A stretch of 64,000 nucleotides of DNA from a virus (taxonomy: Duplodnaviria > Heunggongvirae > Uroviricota > Caudoviricetes), in the IMG/VR virus record IMGVR_UViG_3300043172_001414. One strand, written 5' to 3'. The translations under genes and the position numbers were made by a program. How positions within the stretch are numbered: the first letter of the stretch is position 1; each line of letters starts with the position of its first letter. This document shows positions 42,380 through 53,249 of the stretch, piece by piece. A model generated the notes under the pieces. The model was not told the origin of the DNA, made no database searches, and was given only the letters and a program-made list of their open reading frames with translations.

Positions 42380-43120
42380 TTTATTTAACCAGAGAAATGA
42401 AATGAAGCATAGAGTAATTGTTAAAAAGGATAAAATTGGAAGTATGAAATTCTTTCCACAGGTAAGGCTATGGTTTATATGGTTTTCTATGCGTAACAGC
42501 TATGACGATATTATTGGGCGAGACAGTATAGAAAATGCATATTTAGAGGTCTTATCTGACTACAAAGACAGGCAAAGCAGGAAATACGCAACTAGCAAAG
42601 TGGTCATGATAAAATTTGAGAAAGAGAAAAAGGCATTTAATCTTGACAAAGAAGAAATACCAAATACTAAAACCCTTATGTATTAAACTTATCTAATCCA
42701 CTAAACCTGTGTTCATTACGTTCACGGGCATTGTTTAGATAGTCTATTACCTGGGGTATCTCATCTTCTTTAATCTCTTTGATGTATGCCCCACGGGAAC
42801 AACCCTTTCTAGGGTTTATGTACCACAACTGAAGTGCTACCTTAGCTTTGTCTTCACACGGTTCACTTTTCCGGTAAACCTCGAAGTAAAAATTAACCAA
42901 CTCGTTTAATTCATCGAGATCCCAATTTTTACATTCATCCCAGTTTTCCATGATAGTTCTTGATGACCAACCTTTGTTATCATCACTCATGTAATCTTCA
43001 TAGCAACCCCACCATAAATAACTAGGATTAAGTTTTAGTAATTCTATTTGCCAGGTTTCAGCATTTAACATTGCAAGATTCTGTTGATCATCTTTTTCAT
43101 TAGATGGATATTGTCGCATT

Positions 43121-43675
43121 TTATTTTCCTTTTAATAAAGAGAAGTATATAGTTTCTACGAAATCTGTAAGCCATACCCCATTGACCGATTTGTAAAATT
43201 CTATTCCATCTTCATACATTGCATGTGCGTCTATTCGTAGAATGGCTGGTACACCATGTCTTGCGCCTACTTTCTTCGCAGTCTCTTCGTCATCCGACAT
43301 GTGAACGTGGTGACGTTTTTGTTTATTTATACCATTTTTCTCAATAATATTAACAAGGTAATGAACTGTACCATGATATAAAATATCAGGTGGTACAACA
43401 GCCCCCAGTTCAAGATCAACATCTATTGAATGCCCCTGGTTAGCTCTAATATATTTTACACCGTCACGTTCCTCGATGGCGAACCGCTGCTTATCGTTAC
43501 ACAAAACAACCTCTTCAATCTTAGTATGTGTAAGTGGCATCGAGGTAGTCTTATCAATCAACTCATCAATCGCAACCCAACCATTATAATCAAGACATAT
43601 ACCAACCGCAGAAGGCTTGTGCCTAAGAACCAAACTAAAGTATTTTGAAATGTGTGTCATCTCAGATTTTTTCAT
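43121..43675 (-). CDS. kptA: RNA 2'-phosphotransferase (Tpt1/KptA)
   Basis: SKYFSLVLRH, NDKQRF, IRANQGHS, LYHGT, RHHVHMS, NGVWLT. Confidence 0.95.
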   Translation of the reverse strand: MKKSEMTHISKYFSLVLRHKPSAVGICLDYNGWVAIDELIDKTTSMPLTHTKIEEVVLCNDKQRFAIEERDGVKYIRANQGHSIDVDLELGAVVPPDILYHGTVHYLVNIIEKNGINKQKRHHVHMSDDEETAKKVGARHGVPAILRIDAHAMYEDGIEFYKSVNGVWLTDFVETIYFSLLKGK

Positions 43676-44429
43676 TTTTCATTTCCTCAATGAACATTAT
43701 TGACCTTACATGACCCTTGGTACTTTGATGAGTCCAACCTAAAGACTGCATATGTTCCTTATCCCAATTAATCCGATCCTTCAACTCATCCAAAATATCT
43801 TTCTTAATTATATCCACTATGTGAGTCAAGTCAGATTCATATACAACATTATGCTTGTAACGTCGATCCTCTTCTTCAGATATCTCATGTAAAAAAGGCT
43901 TTAACTTTACTTTAGTTTTTAAGTCCATTATCTCTCTCGTCTACTTTAGTTTTCATTTCCTGAAGAGCCTTGATGAGCTTGTCAAGTTGATTGTCCGGTA
44001 TAGCGAGTCTGTCTTGCTGCTCCCAGTAACTTCTCTTCGTATGAATCATCGTACCACCATTAAGAGAAGAAATAATTATAGGAACATCATCTTCCACTGA
44101 GTCAAAGTAAATAGGTTCAGACTCAACAACTATTTTACTTGCCAATTGTGCTCGAATCGAACGCTCATTCTCTATCCAAAACTTGAAATCTTTTTTAGCT
44201 CCTTCAATATCAATATGACAATCAATAATATCTTCAATTTTAACATCACCTGATTCTAGCTGCTTGTTAACAACTTCTGCAGAGTCGGTTTTAATTAACG
44301 CCAGAATACCTTCAAGATATGTTTCAACTCTCTCTATTGGTATATGATTTTTATCTACACTTCTATCACATCCGACTTCACTGTACATGTCATATACTAA
44401 TTCTCTTAAATTTTTCATGCTTCCTTTTA

Positions 44430-44577
44430 TGGGTTTGGGAGGATTCGAACCTCCAAATAGGGGCATACAAGAAGTATCTGTAAAAGCTTATGATCACTCA
44501 ACTTAAACCCTTCGTTCTCTTACCTTTCCCTACACAGGTCGATATCTGTTTATGTCTACCAATTGCACCACAAACCC
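44430..44577 (-). ncRNA. tRNA-shaped RNA E1 with no canonical anticodon arm and a large insert
   Basis: Acceptor GGGTTTG/CAAACCC; D loop AATTGGTA; T arm GGAGG-TTCGAAT-CCTCC; about 100 nt between D and T arms. Confidence 0.7.
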
Positions 44578-45380
44578 GTGGTTATTTTATATATTAAATA
44601 ATATAACAATGTTAATAAGAAAAGATGTAAAAATATGACACCGGAATTAGAAAAAAAATTAGACGCTATAATAACTAAAACCCCAGGTCAAACTACAAGT
44701 TTCATAGATATGTGGAAATGCCACAAAGAAATCATAGAATCTATTCCAAATCATGAAGAATTTCTAACGAAAGAGATAGAGTGTGTCAGAGAAAGGTATA
44801 AGCAACGACTTGTAGAGAGATCTGAAGATATTTTCGATTCTTTCCACGAGGGATATTCGCTAAGGAATGAGAAATCGTTCAGCCAAGCATGGTGGAAAAG
44901 CACAGCAAAGGAAAAGTTTGATGAAGTAAATGAAATACTGCATAGAAATATAAATGAGCAACATTAATCTATTATAGTCTCTATTTTGTGTTTCTCACAA
45001 TAATTTAATATTTTACCAACAATATACGCTAAAATATAAGGCAACACTTCGTCACTCCAATCATCAAGACTAATAAATCCCTTACGTACCCCTAATTCAT
45101 ACCTCACAGCGTGTGTAACCTCATGAACTATGTTAGTTATTGGCAATGGATAGCTTATATCTAAGTGGATCTCAGGGGGCCTTAAAAGCTCTTCATCGGC
45201 TACTGTAAAACCACCAGCATCTTTATCCTCAAACCCATCTTCGTAAACAATTATAAAATGTGATCTTATAGCTGCTATTTTAATCGTCTGGGTTTTACAA
45301 ACCTTCTTTTGTTCGGACATAAAGCCCTCCAAGATAGGTTATATACTACTATTTATAAGGAATTAACTAAAGTACTTCAG

Positions 45381-46331
45381 TTAACCGCAACCACTACTAT
45401 TGCAACTTGGAGCTTCTATCCGTCCACATTCACCCCGTCCACGCTCACAATCAGCATATCCAGTATTTTGTAATTCGAAGTAACCTGAATGATTATCGAC
45501 AATAACCTCTTTAGGAGCGACAACATAAGGCTTCATGCCTTTCCAATCACGGTAAAGATTCCCATCTGGCATAAAGATAAGTTCGTATACATCATTGATA
45601 TGCTCTGATGGCTCATCTAGAGATCCTGACCATATTACAGTAACCCCTCGAATCAGCTGCTCTTTAGTTCGACATACCGGACAACTACTTTCAGATATAA
45701 CTTTATAGTGCTCATATCCGTTTTCAACTGAAGTAGGTTCTAATGTCCCACTTTCTCTTCTAAAGTTTACAGATCTAACACCAAGCTCACGAGCGTATTT
45801 AATATATCTTTCAATAAATGCTCCCATTGTGTGTTCTTTTATTACACAATTTAAAGATACATCAATTCCATGTTGACCACATTGATCTATAATCCTATGT
45901 AGATCATGAGTATCTACAGTATACGTACCTTTGAATACTTGTTTATTAAAAGCATCATCATAATGATGTCGGCTGATATTAATATGATTTACAACTGAAG
46001 ATAACAAAGGTAGCTGATTAATTAAGTGCGTCCCATTAGTAGTAAGAACTACTTTTCGGAACTGTTCACCATAAAGAGCTAACATAGATATTACATGACT
46101 GAAGTAAGGAGATATTAACGGTTCTCCACCAGTCAAACTAATCTGACGAAAATTCTCAGGCATATTTTCCAAGGTATACTTCAGTTGTTTAACATATTCA
46201 ACTAAAGGAATCTCTTCATTCGAGATGTCAGTTGAATCATTAAAACAGAAACTGCAGTGAGCATTACACCCACCTGGTAACAGTATACTGAAGTTCGGAT
46301 TGTCATTATAAGTTTTCAAAACAGCTCCCAT
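45381..46331 (-). CDS. Radical SAM protein with Cys-rich C-terminal tail
   Basis: CNAHCSFC, SLTGGEP, LTTNG, NISRHHY; ends CERGRGECGRIEAPSCNSSGCG. Confidence 0.88.
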   Translation of the reverse strand: MGAVLKTYNDNPNFSILLPGGCNAHCSFCFNDSTDISNEEIPLVEYVKQLKYTLENMPENFRQISLTGGEPLISPYFSHVISMLALYGEQFRKVVLTTNGTHLINQLPLLSSVVNHINISRHHYDDAFNKQVFKGTYTVDTHDLHRIIDQCGQHGIDVSLNCVIKEHTMGAFIERYIKYARELGVRSVNFRRESGTLEPTSVENGYEHYKVISESSCPVCRTKEQLIRGVTVIWSGSLDEPSEHINDVYELIFMPDGNLYRDWKGMKPYVVAPKEVIVDNHSGYFELQNTGYADCERGRGECGRIEAPSCNSSGCG

Positions 46332-46921
46332 TCGCTAAGATCTATATAACAGTTCTCAATATTTTCCAATACCCAGTCAATACTACAACTCGGCACACCT
46401 GCAGATCGAACAATGTCTAGCCACTCCATAGGATAAGCTACACGCTTATTTAATTTTGCTTTAGCTAAAGCCTTTGTATATGCCTTGCTGTCATTCAATC
46501 GTTTCTGTCTATCTCCCAATGAAGCTTTAACATACCAATCTGCTTCAATTTTCAAACAATGCATTTCAGATCTCGACAAGAAATCCAAATTTGGAATAAA
46601 ATAATCAAGGTTCGAATATGTTATATCACGGTAGTTCTGATCGGATATGTATATGTATTGATTATTCTTACTAATAGGAAAACAACTTTCATACTCTTTT
46701 GTTTTAAAATTTCCATAGATATAACTTGTAATGGGGCCTAACTCAGTTGCATGATGAGTAGCAATTTCTTCTATTATATGACCGTATTTTTCTAGATGTG
46801 TCAGTTGAACATAATAAAGAATAGTCATCAATTCGTTCAATCGAATCTTATAACTATCGTCAATGCGTTTCAAAACGACATAAATTATGTTTAATATTTT
46901 TGTTTTTTCATAATCATCCAT
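46316..46921 (-). CDS. Panacea/SocA (DUF4065)-like antitoxin domain protein
   Basis: ILNIIYV...LMTILYY....HL..YG..I......LGPI...Y; LSRSE..CL. Confidence 0.65.
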   Translation of the reverse strand: MDDYEKTKILNIIYVVLKRIDDSYKIRLNELMTILYYVQLTHLEKYGHIIEEIATHHATELGPITSYIYGNFKTKEYESCFPISKNNQYIYISDQNYRDITYSNLDYFIPNLDFLSRSEMHCLKIEADWYVKASLGDRQKRLNDSKAYTKALAKAKLNKRVAYPMEWLDIVRSAGVPSCSIDWVLENIENCYIDLSEWELF

Positions 46922-47483
46922 CTTCCAATCCTTTCAAGCGTTCAAAGTGTTTAACAACTAAAGTAATGCTTTCTTCGTGGTGTGGGAAAACCGTATTGAT
47001 ATCTTTAGACAATTCTACTAACTCGTCCAGGCTAATCCATTTTACTTCAGAAACTTCTTCTTCCTGTAATACAAACTCGTCTAAAAACTCGTCTTCACAT
47101 TCAGCAATATAAACAAAGTCATGTTCATTATCTTTAAATGTACCATTGTTAGTAACAGACTTCTTTGTAAATTGACCTAAGTACACTAAAGCAAGAACAC
47201 CTATATCAATACCTAACTCTTCATGAACTTCTTTAAGGACAGTATTCAATGATGAATGCCCAGCAGCTATATGACCACCACAAGAAATATCCCATTCATT
47301 AGGAAAAGAATCTTTAATCGCAGATCTCTTTTGAATTAATATCTGCCCTTTGCTATTGTACATCCATACGTGAACAGCGCAATGCCATAATCCTTCTCTA
47401 TGTACATCATCTCTGTATCTCACTTCACCAGTGAAATTGCCATCTTCGTCAATTATATCAATCAGTTCCATTACTCTTCCCAT
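46914..47483 (-). CDS. Nudix hydrolase (Idi/YfcD-like)
   Basis: HREGLWH..VHVW, QKRS..K..FP..WD..CGGH, KEVHEELGI. Confidence 0.88.
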   Translation of the reverse strand: MGRVMELIDIIDEDGNFTGEVRYRDDVHREGLWHCAVHVWMYNSKGQILIQKRSAIKDSFPNEWDISCGGHIAAGHSSLNTVLKEVHEELGIDIGVLALVYLGQFTKKSVTNNGTFKDNEHDFVYIAECEDEFLDEFVLQEEEVSEVKWISLDELVELSKDINTVFPHHEESITLVVKHFERLKGLEDG

Positions 47484-49117
47484 ATTGATGTTGAAGTTGT
47501 TCCAGGGTAATCTTATCGTCGTCCCTGTCGGTTAATATACATTTTCCATCACGCATATCAATACGGACAGTTATATATTTACATCTAGAATTCTTAGTCC
47601 AGCACCAATCGAATGCTTTAGCTTTCTCGATTACTTTAGTTACACTTTCGAATGGTATCCAACTCATTTGTTACTCATATATTTTAGCCATTTGAGATTG
47701 AATCCATTCAGGCCACAATTCGTTAAACGCTTGTTCACCATTGACACGACCGTCATAGAGGATAAAGTGAACTATATCTACAGGTAGTGCTAGACAAAGT
47801 GCAATTACACATAATACAATACCAGGTATTATCAAAATAGCATAAATTGTTCTACGTATCATTCCAATCATTATCTATCCTCGTATGGATAATCAGGACA
47901 ATCAACTTCAGAAATGTGAGTAGGTTCTATAATATCGTGTATTTTAATACCCATATTATGGTCTTCACTATCAGCATGAAACTTATTATCAAGACCAAAT
48001 GTAGCCGTAATTATAATGTCGTATTTATCATTTCTTAACGCAGCCCAATAAGATTTTTGAACTTCCAAGTCATCTTTCATTTCGTTACACACTTCTATCC
48101 AAGGATCTTTAGAATCAGCCTCTTCTTCGACCTCGTCCTCTTGACCCATATCTTCTAGAACATTAATTGCAGTATCCTTAAGTGGCTCGTACTTAACAAA
48201 AGATTTTGCCACTAAGTCAGCCATAGTAGAAGAATGACATGACATAGACAACTTTATTTCACCATCGAATTCTTTATCCATAGCCATCAATATGAAACAC
48301 TCATATTTGTCAGATATTATATCATATAATATCTGACCATCTGCCATAGGTCTTTTAGTTTCAGACAGCTCTATAGCTTCGTCTACTTGATACTGATCAA
48401 TACCATGAACTTGACTCCATTGCATCATATTGTCATCGTTAAATACGCCTATTGTATCTTTAATCAACCGCTGAAACATCTTAAGAGAATCTTCTAGTTT
48501 GACACGGATAGGATCACGAGCAACTTGGTCTTCGGTATAGTCTTGAATTAGTTTCTTTGCACCTGTTCTGTCAAGTTGACCCTGTTGAATCATATCAACA
48601 ATTTCATCCGGTGTGAATATAGTATCTTTTTCTTTACTCATGTTTACTCCTTATGCACGTCTACAACTAAAGTAATTAAAAACTAAGAACCCTGTCAATA
48701 ACTAATTAACAGGGTTCTCTAATTTAAGCCAATGAGTTATTAAATTACCCTCTGGCATCTCTCGTCCTTTACGACCCCACTTGCACATTTTTGGATTGTA
48801 CCATGCAAGAACATTAATCTTTACATTATTACGACAATACACAACCAGGTACACACGAAAATCCCTTGGCAATGCATCATTAACATCTATCCATTGGTCA
48901 ACCATTCTCTCGTTTCTCCTGGTTTTTCTGTTCATTAATATGACAATCAATAAGCCATTCCATATCAGCTAAAGACATTACTATCTCAACGTCATCTGCG
49001 ATATCGATAATAGAAATGGGATAGGCATTATCATTATACCGCTTCTTATAATGATACGATACCTTATTTTTTTTCTCAGGATTGAGCCTGGTATAAGTCA
49101 CTTCAGTTGGTGTCACA

Positions 49118-49387
49118 CTACCCATTTTTTTCCTCTGGGTAGCCCTTTAAGAAAATTCCGTTCTCTTGATCTATTAACATCTCTAAGTAATGTTTAGCCT
49201 TCATAAGGTCTTGTAAGCCGTTCTTCTCTTTATAACGAGTGACGTACTTAACAACGTTTCCTTGATAGAAATCTAATTGATTAGCATAGATGTAATGAAT
49301 TGGTTGGATTGCTTTAGATGAGTAGTGTGAGCCACCGACTTGATAATCAGACGATGTAGCATCACCCTCGTTTTCAGGATCGACCAT
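49118..49387 (-). CDS. DUF3310-like phage protein
   Basis: QVGGSHY, GNVVKYVTRY..KNG..DL.KAKHYL. Confidence 0.85.
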   Translation of the reverse strand: MVDPENEGDATSSDYQVGGSHYSSKAIQPIHYIYANQLDFYQGNVVKYVTRYKEKNGLQDLMKAKHYLEMLIDQENGIFLKGYPEEKNG

Positions 49388-49413
49388 ATTATGTACTCCG
49401 GTTAATATATATT

Positions 49414-49446
49414 AACTAAAGTACATATAATTTAGTAACTTGTCAA
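49414..49446 (-). promoter_or_regulatory. Phage promoter class TTGACA-17-TACTTT-AGTT
   Basis: Same module at 50467, 55020, 56262, 57658, 58917, 60783, 61320 and 63610 (all -); variants at 48665, 54239, 59305 (-) and 59347 (+). Confidence 0.8.
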
Positions 49447-49459
49447 TAAAATTTAGTAA

Positions 49460-49873
49460 CTACATAAAATCAACTAAAGTCTTCTTTTTGGTCTTCCGAC
49501 CTTTAATGAATTGACCTATAGAACTCATGGGACAAACTTTATCTGCAGCACTAAGCCACCTCTCTTTATTACCACACACAATTTTTTCGCTATTGGGGCC
49601 ATTAAACCGTTCATAATAATCTGACATATCTTCCATGAAATAATATATTTGCCTGGGACTCATATCTAATTTAGAAATGACTTGACAGAAACCACTCATT
49701 AAAGGTATGTGCTCACCATGAACAATCCGAGATGCTGAAGCAGGATACATGTTTAATAACTCTGCCAATGCCACATTTGACATATCATTGTTCTCTTTAA
49801 ATGATCTTACTAATAATTGGAATGGATTATCTTTTCGTATTCTGACAACGTTTTTATTAGGTTTTCGAGGCAT
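49460..49873 (-). CDS. XRE-type HTH protein
   Basis: MSNVALAELLNMYPASASRIVHG; paralog of 28452..28760. Confidence 0.65.
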   Translation of the reverse strand: MPRKPNKNVVRIRKDNPFQLLVRSFKENNDMSNVALAELLNMYPASASRIVHGEHIPLMSGFCQVISKLDMSPRQIYYFMEDMSDYYERFNGPNSEKIVCGNKERWLSAADKVCPMSSIGQFIKGRKTKKKTLVDFM

Positions 49874-50264
49874 ACTTTAATTTTCTTCCTTTGGTAACAT
49901 ACCTATGTTCATAACTAAAGTAGCTGAAGCCTTTTTAAGACTCTCGATGTTTCCCATACTGCCTTTAACAGCGGTAAAGTATTGATGCATCATACTCTTT
50001 ATATTCTTTCCACGCACACCCTCATTAGGGTTGTTTGTTAGCTTATCTGGGATTGATGCACAGTAATCATATAAAACACCCAAGAACTCTTTATCATCTT
50101 TAGGTATAGACTTGCATAACACTTGTAATCCGTTTATTAGATCATTACACAATAAAATATTTTTATTAAAGAAGCTCTCGTCTATAACATTAGGGTCTAC
50201 TATTTGCTGCAACCCTGTCACTAATACGGTTTTATATTCTATCATATTTCCTTACTTTAGTTGA

Positions 50265-50382
50265 TGAGCCTGGTAGGAGTCGAACCTACATTGGTTGCCA
50301 TTATTTTCAACCTATCGGCCTACTTGCGGACTCGAACCGCCAATCGGATATCTCCGTGCGTCTACCATTGCGCCACAGACTC
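50265..50382 (-). ncRNA. tRNA-shaped RNA E2 with two T-arm-like hairpins
   Basis: Acceptor GAGTCTG/CAGGCTC; D loop AATGGTA; mini stem CGGA-GATA-TCCG; GCGG-TTCGAGT-CCGC and GTAGG-TTCGACT-CCTAC. Confidence 0.65.
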
Positions 50383-50384
50383 TA

Positions 50385-50419
50385 AAAAAGAGGCAGTCCT
50401 TAGCCAAAAGAACTGCCTC
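50385..50419 (-). terminator. Terminator immediately upstream of E2
   Basis: GAGGCAGT/ACTGCCTC arms followed on - strand by a T-tract. Confidence 0.7.
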
Positions 50420-50626
50420 CCAGGTATAAATGAACAAGTTGAAATCTCAAATAAACAACCAGTCATAACTAAAGTACATATAATATATTTTACTGTCAAT
50501 ACAATTTTATAGACAGTAATTAATTTAACGACTATATTACAGTATACGTGTTTTATCACTTTCACGTAGAATAAATAACCGGAAAGTAGTAGAGGGAACT
50601 CTGCTACTTTTTTTAATGGAGAAATT

Positions 50627-51799
50627 ATGAAAGCCATCTATGCACTATCTGCAGACCCTATAACTTACGGACACATTGATGTTATATTACGTGCAGCAAG
50701 CATCTTCAATGAAGTTATAGTCGCTATTGGGACTAACTCAGACAAGACCTACATGTTTACTAAAGAAACTCGTGTCATGTTAGCAGCTGAAGCACTTACT
50801 AGATTTCCAAACATACGAGTGGTAGCGTTCGAAGGTCTCTTAGTTGATTATGCCTACGAACAAGACATCCCAGTAATAATAAGAGGTATTAGAAATGCTT
50901 CAGATTATGAATGTGAAAAACGATTGGCGTTGTGTGGTGAAACCCAGTCCCAGGGCATCGATACCTTCTTACTGATGGCCTCTCCTAGCATGGAACACAT
51001 AACATCCGGTACAGTAAAGTCTATTATGAAGAGTGGTGGATATATACATGACATGGTTCCGCTTAATGTTAAATTCGAATTAGAAAAAACCCTCGGTAAA
51101 AGAATTATTATCGGTGTAACCGGAACAATAGGTGCAGGTAAGTCCTATGTAACAAATCAACTCGTTGAAGCTTTTAATAAAGAAGATAGACCTGCATACA
51201 ACATAGACCTTGACGCTATCGCCCACGACATATTAGACAGCCTGGACGAACCTATATACCGTAAGGTGCGTAATGACATCACACATTCGTTCTACAATAA
51301 AGTTGATGGGTACAAAGGATCAATTGACCGAGCAAAACTTGGTGAGATAGTATTCAACGATCCTATGAAGATGCAAATACTTAATAGTATAATGATTCCT
51401 GCGATGTTAACTAGAATCAAAAGAGAGATAGCTAATAAGGAAGGCATATTCTTTATTAATGGTGCACTACTTATCGAAGCCGGATGGAACAAGCTCTGTA
51501 ACAACAACATTGTACTTGTGGGATGTGATGAGCAAACTCAACACGAGAGATTGGCAGATCGAGGCCATGATGAAGAAGAAATAAAGAAACGTGTCGGAGC
51601 ACAACTAAAGTTTCATGAAAAACATGTTCAACTTCGTGAATTAATTAAGCAAGATAGCTATGGTCGCATCTACTTATTTGATAATAGTAAGGATAATAAT
51701 AAAGCAGACCTTGCAAATGCAGTTCGTGCGATAACAACAGAGATTCTTAACCCAGAAGATAACAAAGAGTTCTTTTCTGAAGTTAATAATTTACTTTAA
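50627..51799 (+). CDS. Fused phosphopantetheine adenylyltransferase (CoaD) and dephospho-CoA kinase (CoaE)
   Basis: N: SADPITYGHID, IIRGIR..SDYE.E, ITSGTVK. C: GVTGTIGAGKS, IDLD..AH, IDRAKLG.IVFND, LLIEAGW, R...Q. Confidence 0.85.
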   Translation: MKAIYALSADPITYGHIDVILRAASIFNEVIVAIGTNSDKTYMFTKETRVMLAAEALTRFPNIRVVAFEGLLVDYAYEQDIPVIIRGIRNASDYECEKRLALCGETQSQGIDTFLLMASPSMEHITSGTVKSIMKSGGYIHDMVPLNVKFELEKTLGKRIIIGVTGTIGAGKSYVTNQLVEAFNKEDRPAYNIDLDAIAHDILDSLDEPIYRKVRNDITHSFYNKVDGYKGSIDRAKLGEIVFNDPMKMQILNSIMIPAMLTRIKREIANKEGIFFINGALLIEAGWNKLCNNNIVLVGCDEQTQHERLADRGHDEEEIKKRVGAQLKFHEKHVQLRELIKQDSYGRIYLFDNSKDNNKADLANAVRAITTEILNPEDNKEFFSEVNNLL

Positions 51800-51801
51800 T
51801 A

Positions 51802-51912
51802 AGAGGACGGCAGGATTCGAACCTGCATGAGTGGTACTGGATCACCAAAAAGGGGCTATCGCCCCAACACTCTTTATGGATTCATGCTGCTACCAATTTA
51901 CGCCACATCCTC
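51802..51912 (-). ncRNA. tRNA-shaped RNA E3 with branched insert replacing the anticodon arm
   Basis: Acceptor GAGGATG/CGTCCTC; D loop AAATTGGTA; T arm GCAGG-TTCGAAT-CCTGC; inner GGGGC-GATA-GCCCC. Confidence 0.7.
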
Positions 51913-52300
51913 GTTTATAAGCTCATTATATTTTCAATCGTGGTTACTCTAACCTTCAATTTCTCTCGTTCGTTTTTTGTCCAGTGATTGTCAGTGAAAA
52001 ACACAGAGTCGTTATCTTTAGCATTGGTAATAGATTCATCTATAACATTTCTATAATCAGCTAAAGCATTGTAGAAATTACGACAACCTACACCAAGACG
52101 TTGTGCAGCGTTTTTATCTACAACTCTATCTTGTGCCATGGAATGAAAAATCTCTACTGCTTGATACAGCATTATAATCTTATTATTAACCTTATCAGTC
52201 TTCTCTTCATCAGGAAGCTTTTCAAGCCTATCAATTTCATCATCCATAAACTTCATCATAGGTTTAATATATTCATTATCCATAATTACCTCGTTTAAAA

Positions 52301-52457
52301 TAGAAACGGCAGGGTTTGAACCTGCTCACTCATTCCACATAATGTTTTACATCTTCGTGTATCTGTAGCCACCTAACTCGATGAGTGGAATTCATCCCAG
52401 GTAATTACGCTTAACTTCCGATTCACGAAGATCACTGCTTCACACAGCACCGTTTCT
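52301..52457 (-). ncRNA. tRNA-shaped RNA E4 with possible pseudoknotted insert
   Basis: Acceptor AGAAACG/CGTTTCT; T arm GCAGG-TTCAAAC-CCTGC; ATCTTCGTG/CACGAAGAT; TTCCACTCA can pair with downstream GTGGAA or TGAGTG. Confidence 0.65.
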
Positions 52458-52459
52458 AC

Positions 52460-52490
52460 AAAAAACCGACCTTGAGTTAACAAGGTCGGT
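52460..52490 (-). terminator. Terminator immediately upstream of E4
   Basis: ACCGACCTTG/CAAGGTCGGT arms followed on - strand by a T-tract. Confidence 0.75.
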
Positions 52491-53195
52491 GCTTCATATA
52501 CTCACCCAGCGTTTCGTTCAAGGTGAATATGTACATAATGTATAATGATTACTTTAGTTTGTCAATAGATTTATATCATCGGTAACTTTTTAACATAACC
52601 TATAGTTTCTTTGAGAAGAATGGCTTGATATATAGGATTATGTCCTGGCGATGGAAACGCTACACTATATATCGTAAACCCCTCAGACAAATACTTATTT
52701 ACTGATTCATCAAATATTGAAGGAATGCCACTGCTAATGGTTTTTATTTCCTGCATACATTAAACCCCATCACTTTAGAAAAATCTGGTATGATATCTTC
52801 TGTATACAATAACCGCCACTTCTTGTCATTTAATTCTTCCAGGTATATCTTACCGCCCTGATTACTATTCATGGCTATCACTTTTCCAACTTCTAATTCT
52901 TTAACCGTACCATCGTCAAATTCTATGTTTATACTTTTTATCATCACCAATGCCCCTTAACAGTAACCTTGTTTAGGTGCCTAATAAAATAATTTACAAC
53001 TAAAGTATGATCCCATCTTCGTCTCCACCAAGGCTTATTCTTTAATTCAATTAGATCTATAATCAAATTACCTAAAGGAAATTCCAGCTCTTGCATGGGT
53101 ATTGTAATATGATCACCATTAGCGGTAGTTACTTCACGATCAACAATTTTTCCAGTTTTATATTTCTTTAATGTATCGTACATATGAACTCCATA

Positions 53196-53230
53196 TAAAA
53201 AGGTCTGGCAGGATTAACCCACCAGACCTT
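53196..53230 (-). terminator. Terminator after the coiled-coil gene
   Basis: AAGGTCTGG/CCAGACCTT with T-tract on - strand. Confidence 0.75.
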
Positions 53231-53249
53231 ATCATTATGTAATTGTTTC

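Noticed and set aside
44419-44466. ORF-track start of 43912..44466
   Set aside because: It overlaps the T arm and acceptor of E1; ATG at 44418 with upstream AAGGAAG is more plausible
44430-52457. Selenocysteine, suppressor or intron-containing tRNAs as the identity of E1-E4
   Set aside because: No TCA/CTA/TTA anticodon in a 7-nt loop. I could not find an excision that restores a canonical anticodon arm, and the inserts are too short for group I introns. Splicing is left only as a hypothesis.
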